In this document: in pieces, positions 9,741 to 17,383 of the stretch
Numbering within the stretch: the stretch's first letter is position 1
Layout of the letters: each line of letters begins with the position of its first letter
IMG/VR virus record: IMGVR_UViG_3300025520_000094
From: a virus
Lineage: Duplodnaviria > Caudoviricetes
DNA: 35,200 bases
Direction: 5' to 3' (one strand)
Translations under genes and position numbers: made by a program
Notes under the pieces: generated by a model
The model's input: the letters and a program-made list of their open reading frames with translations, nothing else
The model's database searches: none
What the model was told of the DNA's origin: nothing

Positions 9741-9773
9741 TACAAGAACAGAGCCTCCGAAGAAGCTCTGTTT
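9741..9773 (-). terminator. Terminator-like hairpin closing the amidoligase cassette
   Basis: Minus strand AACAGAGCTTC-TTCG-GAGGCTCTGTT then CTTGT (cUUCGg loop, weak U tract). Confidence 0.6.
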
Positions 9774-9794
9774 CGCCAGCGCTGACTGATTGGT

Positions 9795-9989
9795 CTATTC
9801 CTGTTTGGTATACTCGCCCGTCATAATAAATCGGCTGTATTCTGCCTTGTTGCTGTTAAGGTACCCCAGCAGCTCATGAAAGCCGTGGACATAAGCCTCG
9901 TACTGAACGCGGGGCACGTCAAACATGTTGGTTACGCCGCTGGCCCTGATGGCGAGGATCTGCTTCCTGACTTCGTCAGTCACACGCAT
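9795..9989 (-). CDS. DUF5049-like small protein
   Basis: QILAIRASGVTNMFD...YSRFIMTG motif recognised; synteny with amidoligase/GGCT. Confidence 0.75.
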   Translation of the reverse strand: MRVTDEVRKQILAIRASGVTNMFDVPRVQYEAYVHGFHELLGYLNSNKAEYSRFIMTGEYTKQE

Positions 9990-10440
9990 TCCCCCCTGTC
10001 TCTACGGACTCTATGGTGGCCCTGCGCAGGATTTCGATGTCAAAGCCCGCGCTCTTGTAACCTTCCAGAATGGTGCTGTAGTAATAGCAGCTTGGCTGCC
10101 CAAACAGCCTGCCATCGTTCAGAATGTAGACCATCGCCTCGACGCTCTTACCGTCGAGCTCTACTGAAACTACTTCCTTCCGGTAAAGGAATGGCCAGCC
10201 CTCGTAGCGGTCCAGCGCCGCTTCATCGGCAGGCGTTATTTCCCAGACCAGCACCGGCACGCTGCCGCCTTCAAATGGCTCGACCGTGGCCACTGCGCCA
10301 GCGTGTGCGCCCCTGAACAAGAGTCGCCAGCCTGTCATTACGCTGCTTCCCAGTACCGTTGCTGTGGGGCACCTGTCCGCCATCTGCGCTAGGTTTAGGT
10401 TGGAGCCGTAAGCGAGATACAGCTTTTTGCTTTGCTTCAT
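9976..10440 (-). CDS. Gamma-glutamylcyclotransferase (GGCT/AIG2-like) family protein
   Basis: YLAYGSNL and LDRYEG signature motifs. Confidence 0.9.
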   Translation of the reverse strand: MKQSKKLYLAYGSNLNLAQMADRCPTATVLGSSVMTGWRLLFRGAHAGAVATVEPFEGGSVPVLVWEITPADEAALDRYEGWPFLYRKEVVSVELDGKSVEAMVYILNDGRLFGQPSCYYYSTILEGYKSAGFDIEILRRATIESVETGGNACD

Positions 10441-10482
10441 AGACTTTGTCCTCCTTTGTCTTTATGAGGGGTTTCAGGCGGC

Positions 10483-11382
10483 TCAGGCCGCCCGAAACCT
10501 CCAGGCCGCCGAGCCGCGCAGGTGGGCTGTCAGGTGCTCGCGGCAGTTAGCAAACTCGTCGCCGATGAAGCCGATGCGGTTGAGGTAAGTCCGCATGGCG
10601 AACTTCTGGTTGTCTGTTTGCGGCTTCTTTGCCGATGCGCATTTTTGCGTCAAGGCTTGGTGGTTGAGCGCCAGGGCGAGAACTATGTAGCTTCTGACCT
10701 TGCCCGCGTGGAGTTCGCTGTTGAAGCCCCTCAGTTCTACCGTGCGGTTGCCAGTGAAGAAGCTGTGCAGGTTGAGAAAATGGTAGCGGCTCTGGTGGTA
10801 GTGCTGGCCGCGGCTCTCGCTGTAGCCCTCGTACCAGATTTCCTCAAGCATCTCCATGGTCTTGGGCTTTCTGAGGTTCATCTTCTCAACTAGCAGGCTG
10901 TCCATCTTCTTGCAGTAGTTCATGCGCTGAGGCGCAATCTGGAGCGCGTCATAGAAAAGGTCATTCTTGCTGGCGATGATGTTCACGAAGTTGCGGATGC
11001 TTCTGGGCGTGTGGCTGGCTCCATCCAGATGGATGTGTATGCCGCAGGTGGTGTTAGCAAAGGCCCCGGCCTGGCGAAGCTTGCGCACTAGCTCCTGCAG
11101 AGTGTCAATGTCCTCCCGGTAGGTGAGGATGGGACTAACCAGCTCCACACTGTAGTCGCGGGAGGCGGAAACCTTCCGCTTGCCCTGCCTCGTCTGGCAG
11201 GCAATGCTGCCGTCACTCATGAACTTCCAGACCCTACCGTCCGGTGCAGTGACCCTCTTGGTGTCGTAGTAGTCGCCTGCGCCGGTTACCGTGCCACCCA
11301 AGTGTTCCGCGGCGATCCTGGCTGCCTCGCTTCTGGTGATGCCTGTGAACTCGATCTCGATCCCAAACTTGCTCTTAAACAT
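10483..11382 (-). CDS. Putative amidoligase (COOH-NH2 ligase, glutamine-synthetase-like fold)
   Basis: FGIEIE, SDGSI, ELVSPIL, CGIHIH, SRY, TVELR motifs, all intact. Confidence 0.9.
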   Translation of the reverse strand: MFKSKFGIEIEFTGITRSEAARIAAEHLGGTVTGAGDYYDTKRVTAPDGRVWKFMSDGSIACQTRQGKRKVSASRDYSVELVSPILTYREDIDTLQELVRKLRQAGAFANTTCGIHIHLDGASHTPRSIRNFVNIIASKNDLFYDALQIAPQRMNYCKKMDSLLVEKMNLRKPKTMEMLEEIWYEGYSESRGQHYHQSRYHFLNLHSFFTGNRTVELRGFNSELHAGKVRSYIVLALALNHQALTQKCASAKKPQTDNQKFAMRTYLNRIGFIGDEFANCREHLTAHLRGSAAWRFRAA

Positions 11383-11424
11383 CTGGTTCAGCCTCCTTCA
11401 GAGTGTTGGTGTACCTTTGGGTAT

Positions 11425-11459
11425 GTACATATATCACTCTGAACGGCTGTAATAGCAAG
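11425..11459 (-). promoter_or_regulatory. Repeated 35-bp upstream motif, copy 1 (before amidoligase)
   Basis: Minus strand CTTGCT-N10-TTCAGAGTGATATATGTAC; matches the copy at 12424-12458. Confidence 0.7.
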
Positions 11460-11507
11460 CTATTTCTGTAAAGAAAACACACTAATACGGGGGCCTTGGA
11501 GACATGC

Positions 11508-11732
11508 CTATAGCCTCTTAACGACGTCCTCACCGTAGACGATGCCGAGGGTGGAGCCGCTGTCCCAGCTGCAGAAAATGGTTCCGGTGTCGTCGATGAA
11601 GTCCACGGTCCCCTGGTCACGGGGCTTCAGCGTGGAGTACGGGTCGTTCATTCTGACCAGTTCCACGCGAGTTCCGCGGGGATATGTCTTACGCAGTTGT
11701 AGCACAGTCTCCTTGGCGGGGAAGCTATTCAC
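11508..11732 (-). CDS. DUF4314-like small protein
   Basis: YPRGTRVELVRMND, GTVDFIDDTG, WDSGSTLG motifs. Confidence 0.8.
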   Translation of the reverse strand: MNSFPAKETVLQLRKTYPRGTRVELVRMNDPYSTLKPRDQGTVDFIDDTGTIFCSWDSGSTLGIVYGEDVVKRL

Positions 11733-12393
11733 CCGGTGTCACCTCGGCTTTGGGCGCCCCACTTTTGAAGGCACTGTTGCCAGAAAGGTTCTTCAGCAGG
11801 ACTCTACGCGCAACCTTGTACTCGTCACCCACGAAGCCCAATCTGATGAGGAACACCCGGAAAGCAAACTTCTCATTGTCTACTTCCTTCTCCTTGGCCG
11901 TGACCCGCTTTTGCTCCTTGGCCGCTGCGCAGAGTGCACCGATGAAGCGAGAGTACGCTAAGACTTCATCGCTCTCCGCCGGGAGCTTGACCCAGGGGAA
12001 TACCAGGGTGTTTTCGGTCCGTTCGATGACTAGTGAATCGGCATTAAGGGCCTTCTTGATGAGGTTGGCCTTGCTGGCGATAAGTTTTTTAAGGTTGGAG
12101 ATGCTTTCCTCGGTGAATCCGTCCAGCGGCATCTCGATGGCCAGCCGGTTCTGAGCGTCAGACTCCTCAAAGTCAAAGCCTCTTTCCGAAAGTCCAGTCA
12201 TGACCTTCTGGGCGAGATCACTGTCCAGTTCGATCGGGTAGCTGAGGGTGCCTTCTTTGTCGATAGAAAACCGCCCGACCTCGTAGGCGAATGTGGGTGC
12301 ACCTTTGTAGCTAATGGGTTCACCCACCAGATCGCTAATGGCAGACACCATCTCTTTTCGCCTTGCACCTGTTACGTTGTATCTTAGTTCCAT
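11725..12393 (-). CDS. Amidoligase-related protein lacking catalytic motifs (often labelled virulence-related protein)
   Basis: Colinear similarity to the amidoligase (see findings); start ATG 12393 behind AGGAGG. Confidence 0.8.
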   Translation of the reverse strand: MELRYNVTGARRKEMVSAISDLVGEPISYKGAPTFAYEVGRFSIDKEGTLSYPIELDSDLAQKVMTGLSERGFDFEESDAQNRLAIEMPLDGFTEESISNLKKLIASKANLIKKALNADSLVIERTENTLVFPWVKLPAESDEVLAYSRFIGALCAAAKEQKRVTAKEKEVDNEKFAFRVFLIRLGFVGDEYKVARRVLLKNLSGNSAFKSGAPKAEVTPGE

Positions 12394-12423
12394 ACTCGTG
12401 AGCCTCCTTTGCTTCTTTGGTGA

Positions 12424-12458
12424 GTACATATATCCCTCTGAAGCTGTGGAAAAGCAAG
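12424..12458 (-). promoter_or_regulatory. Repeated 35-bp upstream motif, copy 2
   Basis: Minus strand CTTGCT-N10-TTCAGAGGGATATATGTAC; 24/25 identity to copy 1 outside the spacer. Confidence 0.7.
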
Positions 12459-12479
12459 TTCTATCTGACGACAGAGGCT

Positions 12480-13721
12480 TTACTGAAGGTGCTCGGGCAC
12501 CTTCACTTCGTTGAAGTGTACCTTTTCCCCGCCCCGAATGAGATAGACATCCTTGGCTGATACCTGCTCAATATACCTTTTTACAATGACATCGCAGTAC
12601 TTTTCATCGAGCTCTACGGTAAAGCACATTCTGTCCGTCTGCTCACTGGCAATAAGCGTAGAGCCGCTTCCACCGAAGGGATCGAGAACTATGCAGCCAG
12701 TCATAGAACTATTTACGATGGGATAGGCGATGAGCGGTACCGGTTTCATGGTAGGATGCTCGCCATTCTTCTTGGACTTCTCAAACTCCCATATCGTGGT
12801 CTGCTTCCGGTCGGAGTACCAGGCGTGCTTGCCGGTCTTCTTCCAACCAAAAAGAATCGGCTCGTGCTGCCACTGGTAGGGAGAGCGCCCAAGGACCAGC
12901 GACTGCTTCTTCCAGATGCAAGTCCCGGAAAGATAGAATCCCGCGTCAGAAAAGGCCCTGCGGAAGTTCAGACCTTCTGTGTCAGCATGGAACACGTAGA
13001 TGCTTGCATCCTTGGCCATCGCTTTTTCGGTGTGGGTAAAGGCCGCAAGCAGGAACTGATAGAACTTGTCGCCCGCCATATTGTCGTTCTTGATTTTCCC
13101 GGCGCGACCTTCGTAGTTGACATTGTAGGGTGGGTCCGTCACCGTCAGGTTGGCCTGCTTCCCATCCATGAGGAGCTCAAAGGTTTCAGCCTTAGTGCTA
13201 TCGCCGCAGACCAGGCGGTGCTTGCCCAGCAGCCACAAATCTCCCAACTGGGTGATGGCGGGCTTTTGAAGCTCGGCATCCACGTCAAAGTCATCGTCTT
13301 TGACATCATCCATTCCACCCAGCAGCTTATTGAGCTCGGCATCGTCAAAGCCAAGGAGCGAAATGTCAAAGTCCGCGCCTTGCAGGTCCGCAAGTTCCAC
13401 AGACAGCATTTCCGCATCCCAGCCAGCATTCAGCGCAAGCCGGTTATCTGCGATGATGTAGGCGCGCTTCTGAGCCTCAGATAGATGCTCGGCAAATACA
13501 CAGGGCACCTCGGCTATGCCTTCTTCCTTGGCGGCCAGGATGCGGCCGTGGCCAGCAATCACGTTGAGATCTTTGTCGACGATGACCGGGTTTACGAAGC
13601 CAAACTCCCGTAAGGAAGCCCGCAGCTGCAGGATCTGCTCCTTACTATGGGTGCGGGCGTTTCTGGCATACGGCACTAGCCGGTCGATATTCACTTTCTC
13701 AAAGCGCTCGGTTGTCTTCAT
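12480..13721 (-). CDS. ParB/Srx-domain fused N6A/N4C DNA methyltransferase
   Basis: N-terminal PYARNAR...IAGHGR...IADNRL (ParB-like); TDPPY, HPTMKP, DPFGGSGST; start ATG 13721. Confidence 0.93.
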   Translation of the reverse strand: MKTTERFEKVNIDRLVPYARNARTHSKEQILQLRASLREFGFVNPVIVDKDLNVIAGHGRILAAKEEGIAEVPCVFAEHLSEAQKRAYIIADNRLALNAGWDAEMLSVELADLQGADFDISLLGFDDAELNKLLGGMDDVKDDDFDVDAELQKPAITQLGDLWLLGKHRLVCGDSTKAETFELLMDGKQANLTVTDPPYNVNYEGRAGKIKNDNMAGDKFYQFLLAAFTHTEKAMAKDASIYVFHADTEGLNFRRAFSDAGFYLSGTCIWKKQSLVLGRSPYQWQHEPILFGWKKTGKHAWYSDRKQTTIWEFEKSKKNGEHPTMKPVPLIAYPIVNSSMTGCIVLDPFGGSGSTLIASEQTDRMCFTVELDEKYCDVIVKRYIEQVSAKDVYLIRGGEKVHFNEVKVPEHLQ

Positions 13722-13902
13722 GCCGTAAAACCATCCTTTCAAGTCCCCTTTGTGCACCAGACAAGTCGCCTGACAGGGCTTGGCCACGTAATGTCTTGAT
13801 CTGCTGCCTGTTCAGTCCCGATTGCTTTAGGCTTCGCATGAAATGTGCAAGCCCCGGCTGATGCTTTGATTGCGGCTCTTTCATCACCGAAAACGGTCTC
13901 AT
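13699..13902 (-). CDS. Small hypothetical phage protein
   Basis: LNRQQIKTLRGQALSGD...GL pattern; start overlaps the terS stop (TAATG) and 3' end overlaps the methyltransferase start. Confidence 0.65.
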   Translation of the reverse strand: MRPFSVMKEPQSKHQPGLAHFMRSLKQSGLNRQQIKTLRGQALSGDLSGAQRGLERMVLRHEDNRAL

Positions 13903-14477
13903 TATTTTCTCCTCCCCGATAATAGGGCCTCCATAATGTCGTCCTGCGGGTTGCTCACAAAGGCTGTGGTGCAGTTCTGCTTCACGATGTCGAAAATCTC
14001 ATACCAGAGCAGGTTAGCCTGTTTCTGAAATGACTGGCTCATCTGAACGAAGGGGCTGGCGATCGCCCCACCGGTTGTCGGGTGTTTGCCTAGAAGGCCG
14101 TACAGACTAATGGCCTCTTCGCATTGAATGTAGCGGGTGAAAGCTTGCGCATAGGCCTCGATAAGCCTCGGGTTTACAAACTTTTCGCACCCACGTTCTT
14201 TGAGCCATTTCCACGTTTCAATAAAGAGAGCATCAGCACCCAGCGACTTGCCGTCCTTTTGCCTAGAGCGAAGAAAGTCGCTGGGAGTTGGCATGTCCTC
14301 TCCATGTAGATCTGCTGCTCCCTCAAGGTCCTCAGCTTCAAGCAGGGATTCAGGTTTGAGGTCCGGGACCTCCAATATCTTTGCTGCCTTGCCTTTTGTG
14401 ATTTTGTCCGCCAAAGCATGGGGCTTATCTCCGGCGCGAATGCGCCTGCCCCCTCTGTTAGTGCCGTCCTTTGCCAC
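13902..14477 (-). CDS. terS: Terminase small subunit (P27 family-like)
   Basis: GTG 14477 behind GGAGGTG gives MAKDGTNRGGRR; HPTTGGAIASPFV motif; downstream of HNH. Confidence 0.85.
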   Translation of the reverse strand: MAKDGTNRGGRRIRAGDKPHALADKITKGKAAKILEVPDLKPESLLEAEDLEGAADLHGEDMPTPSDFLRSRQKDGKSLGADALFIETWKWLKERGCEKFVNPRLIEAYAQAFTRYIQCEEAISLYGLLGKHPTTGGAIASPFVQMSQSFQKQANLLWYEIFDIVKQNCTTAFVSNPQDDIMEALLSGRRK

Positions 14478-14582
14478 GCGCCGCCACCTCCTTTTGCAGC
14501 GGAGGGGGTTAATCCCCCGTTTGAACCGTGATTTTTGCGCGCGTGCCCCTGCGCCCGTTCCCCGCCTCAAAGGCTACAGAGA

Positions 14583-14963
14583 TTAAGACCGCCCCTGGGG
14601 GCAGTCCCTTCGCCTCCAGCGGCTACCGTCTCGAGCAGTAATCTCAGAATGGCATGGTGTGCATAGGGACATCAGGTTTGTGAATTCATTGGTGCCGTCT
14701 TGCGATAACGGCTTTATGTGGTGTACCTCATCGGCTAGCACGCTCTTACCACGCGCCAGGCATTGCTCACACAATGGATGGGAAGCGATGTAACGGTCGC
14801 GGATGCGCTTCCACGTCCTGCCGTAGCGTTTCTTCACTGCCGGGTCGCGCTGGTAGCGTTCATAGCGCCTGGCTTCCTGTTTCGCATGCGCTACACAGAA
14901 CCGGGAGTCAGTCAGCTCCGGGCAGCCGGGATGTGAACAAGGCCGCTTTGGTTTGTATGGCAT
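14583..14963 (-). CDS. HNH endonuclease (HK97 gp74-like terminase cofactor)
   Basis: CEQC, EVHHIKPL, NLMSLCTPCHS; adjacent to terS. Confidence 0.92.
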   Translation of the reverse strand: MPYKPKRPCSHPGCPELTDSRFCVAHAKQEARRYERYQRDPAVKKRYGRTWKRIRDRYIASHPLCEQCLARGKSVLADEVHHIKPLSQDGTNEFTNLMSLCTPCHSEITARDGSRWRRRDCPQGRS

Positions 14964-14987
14964 CTGCTCACCTCGTTTTTTGGCATA

Positions 14988-15019
14988 AGAAAAGCCCCCG
15001 CGGTTTTCCGCGAAGGCTC
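14988..15019 (-). terminator. Terminator-like hairpin in late-operon leader
   Basis: Minus strand AGCCTTCGCGG-AAAA-CCGCGGGGGCT then TTTCTT. Confidence 0.6.
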
Positions 15020-15040
15020 TGCCCAGTAATCCACAATACT

Positions 15041-15085
15041 ATTGTAAGCTGCTATTCTGCAAAAATCGTCCACTGTTTGTCCACT
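15041..15085 (-). promoter_or_regulatory. Putative activator-dependent late promoter
   Basis: Direct repeat AGTGGAC-N4-AGTGGAC right after the activator stop codon, then TACAAT -10 with no good -35; layout resembles RinA/Ltr-type late promoters. Confidence 0.6.
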
Positions 15086-15541
15086 CTAAAGACCGTAGAG
15101 AAGAAGCGTCAATTGGCGCAAGGCCTCTTCCTTTCTCTTGTACACCCAGGAACGCTCGATATGGAGCTTCTCGCTGATGTTCAGAACAGCCTCTGTCTTA
15201 GTAATGTCTCTGACGAAGAATTCATGCAGGATAAAACGCGAGGCATCATCAAGCATCTCCCAAGCTGGTTTGAACCATTCCATGTACTCCAGCGCCTGCC
15301 GGTAACGTTCCTTAAGAACATCAATCTCATCAATACAGGCAGCCAGTCGATCTTCTGCGGCTTTGGGATTATACGCCTTGGGCATCAGTGTTGGCAGAGA
15401 CCTCCTTGGCGACTCTGCCTTTGCATAGATGGCAGCTATGCTCTCATCGGTGTTCTCAATAATGAATTCCATGTTGCTGTAATCCTTAAGGGCATTAACA
15501 GCCGCTGTTTTCTTGTCTAAGTAATGCCAAACGATGTTCAC
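15086..15541 (-). CDS. Putative late transcriptional activator (RinA/ArpU-like)
   Basis: C-terminal HTH-like ISEKLHIERSWVYKRKEEAL; last gene before the packaging module. Confidence 0.7.
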   Translation of the reverse strand: MNIVWHYLDKKTAAVNALKDYSNMEFIIENTDESIAAIYAKAESPRRSLPTLMPKAYNPKAAEDRLAACIDEIDVLKERYRQALEYMEWFKPAWEMLDDASRFILHEFFVRDITKTEAVLNISEKLHIERSWVYKRKEEALRQLTLLLYGL

Positions 15542-16896
15542 TGTGCCAAACCTCCTTTAACAGCCGCCTTGACCGCATCGATAAGCGCGGCTTGGGTATT
15601 GTTCTTATCCTTTAGAGCTTTCATGACCTGTTCGTCAATGGTATCCCTGGCTATGATATGGTGAATCACAACCGTGTCCTTTTGCCCTTGCCGCCAGAGA
15701 CGAGCGTTGGTTTGCTGGTAAAGCTCCAGACTCCAGGTAAGGCCAAACCATACCAGCGTAGAACCCCCCGCCTGTAGATTTAGTCCGTGACCAGCAGAAG
15801 CCGGGTGAATGACTCCCAGCTGGATTTCTCCTTTGTTCCATCGCCTGATGCTCTCTGCTGAATCCAATTTTTCAGCCGCAAAACGCTCCAATATCCGCTC
15901 CAGATCGTGCCTGAACCAATAGGCAACCAGCACCGACTTGCCGTTAGCAGCTTCGATAATATCCTCCAAAGCATCTAGCTTGCGGTCATGAAGCTTAACC
16001 ACGCCACCGTCACCATCGTAGACTGCTCCGTTAGCCATCTGAAGCAGCTTGCCGGAGAGGGCTGCAGCATTTGCGGCGTCAATTTCCCTGTGCTTGAAGG
16101 ACAGCACCATCTCAGCCTTCATGGTCTGGTAGTGTTGCGCTTCAGGCTCGGACATCCGGACGGGAACTTCATTCATCACGAGCTCGGGCAGTTTCAGGTA
16201 GTCGCTGCCCTTCATGCTGATGGTGATGTCTGAAATGAGGCGGTAGATGGCTTCCTCTGCCCCGGGTTTCGGTTTATAGCTAAAGATGACCTGGCCATTG
16301 CGCTTATCCGGCGTGAAGAAGGCTTCACGGTAATTGCCAATAAAGCGCCCCAGGCGCCGCCCCATGTCAAGGAGGCGAAACTCCGCCCATAAGTCGATTA
16401 GCCCATTGCTGGACGGTGTGCCCGTCAGACCCACTATCCGCTTAACCAGGGGCCTCACTTTGATCAGGCTTCTGAACCGCTTGGCTTGATGAGACTTGAA
16501 GGAGGACAGCTCATCGACTACTACCATATCGTAGTCAAAGGGGAGCCCGCTCTTGGTGACCAACCACTCCACGTTCTCCCGATTGATAAGGTAGACCTGT
16601 ACTCTTTGCAACAGAGCCGCTTTCCGCTGGGACTCATTGCCGATTGCAACTGTATAGGTCAGGTCGCGCAGATGATCCCACTTCTCAATCTCCGCGGGCC
16701 AGGTATCCCGTGCCACTCTGAGAGGGGCGATGACCAGCACCTTGCGAATCAGAAAGCTGTCCAGGGTGAGGTCAAAGATGGCGGTCAGGGTGATCACCGA
16801 CTTACCAAGACCCATATCCAGCAGGATCGCCGCAATGGGATGCTGGAGGATATACTCCGTGGCATATACCTGGTATTCATGTGGTTCGTATTTCAT
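15538..16896 (-). CDS. SNF2-family helicase
   Basis: DMGLGKS, VVDELS, LTGTP, AGHGLNLQ, QTNARLWRQGQ; start ATG 16896. Confidence 0.93.
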   Translation of the reverse strand: MKYEPHEYQVYATEYILQHPIAAILLDMGLGKSVITLTAIFDLTLDSFLIRKVLVIAPLRVARDTWPAEIEKWDHLRDLTYTVAIGNESQRKAALLQRVQVYLINRENVEWLVTKSGLPFDYDMVVVDELSSFKSHQAKRFRSLIKVRPLVKRIVGLTGTPSSNGLIDLWAEFRLLDMGRRLGRFIGNYREAFFTPDKRNGQVIFSYKPKPGAEEAIYRLISDITISMKGSDYLKLPELVMNEVPVRMSEPEAQHYQTMKAEMVLSFKHREIDAANAAALSGKLLQMANGAVYDGDGGVVKLHDRKLDALEDIIEAANGKSVLVAYWFRHDLERILERFAAEKLDSAESIRRWNKGEIQLGVIHPASAGHGLNLQAGGSTLVWFGLTWSLELYQQTNARLWRQGQKDTVVIHHIIARDTIDEQVMKALKDKNNTQAALIDAVKAAVKGGLAQ

Positions 16897-17158
16897 CGAG
16901 TATCCCTCCAATCTGTGTTTCACTGTCTAACACATACACCAGAAATCCTAGCCGCCTGAGCATCCCATGCCTTATAGCCTGCAGGGGTCTGGGTTTCCTA
17001 CCATGCGCCTTCACTTCCACAAAAGCCATCCTACTGCCAGGTAGAAGCACGAGACGGTCCGGCATGCCATCGTAACCAGGCGAGACAAACTTCACGGCAA
17101 TTCCACCAGCTGCTTTGACTGCTCGGACAAGTTTCTGTTCTATCAGTTTCTCACGCAT
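16877..17158 (-). CDS. VRR-NUC domain nuclease
   Basis: REKLIE, GMPDR, FVEVK, RPLQ motifs. Confidence 0.92.
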   Translation of the reverse strand: MREKLIEQKLVRAVKAAGGIAVKFVSPGYDGMPDRLVLLPGSRMAFVEVKAHGRKPRPLQAIRHGMLRRLGFLVYVLDSETQIGGILDEIRTT

Positions 17159-17167
17159 AAGAACCTC

Positions 17168-17383
17168 GTGTGCCGATACATGTGCCCAAGCACTTCAAAC
17201 TCTTACGCGCGAGTACACGCTCATTCGTGCCCATTACTCCTTTATTACCTATAACTACATCATTTAGAGAGTGAATTATTGGCACAATGGGAACAGGCAA
17301 GGCAAGGAGCGTGGTATATAAGGGGCTTGCGACTGTGCCGACAGGCTGCTGTATTGGCACGACTGGAACAATGGGCATGTGCC
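17168..17383. repeat. GGCAC/GTGCC repeat cluster, putative phage replication origin
   Basis: Several GTGCC, GGCAC and GGAAC pentamers in both orientations around an AT-rich core, immediately downstream of the primase-helicase. Confidence 0.55.

Noticed and set aside
14480-14600. Possible cos site between HNH and terS
   Set aside because: Position is plausible for an HNH-associated cos phage, but no specific cohesive-end sequence can be supported from this window.
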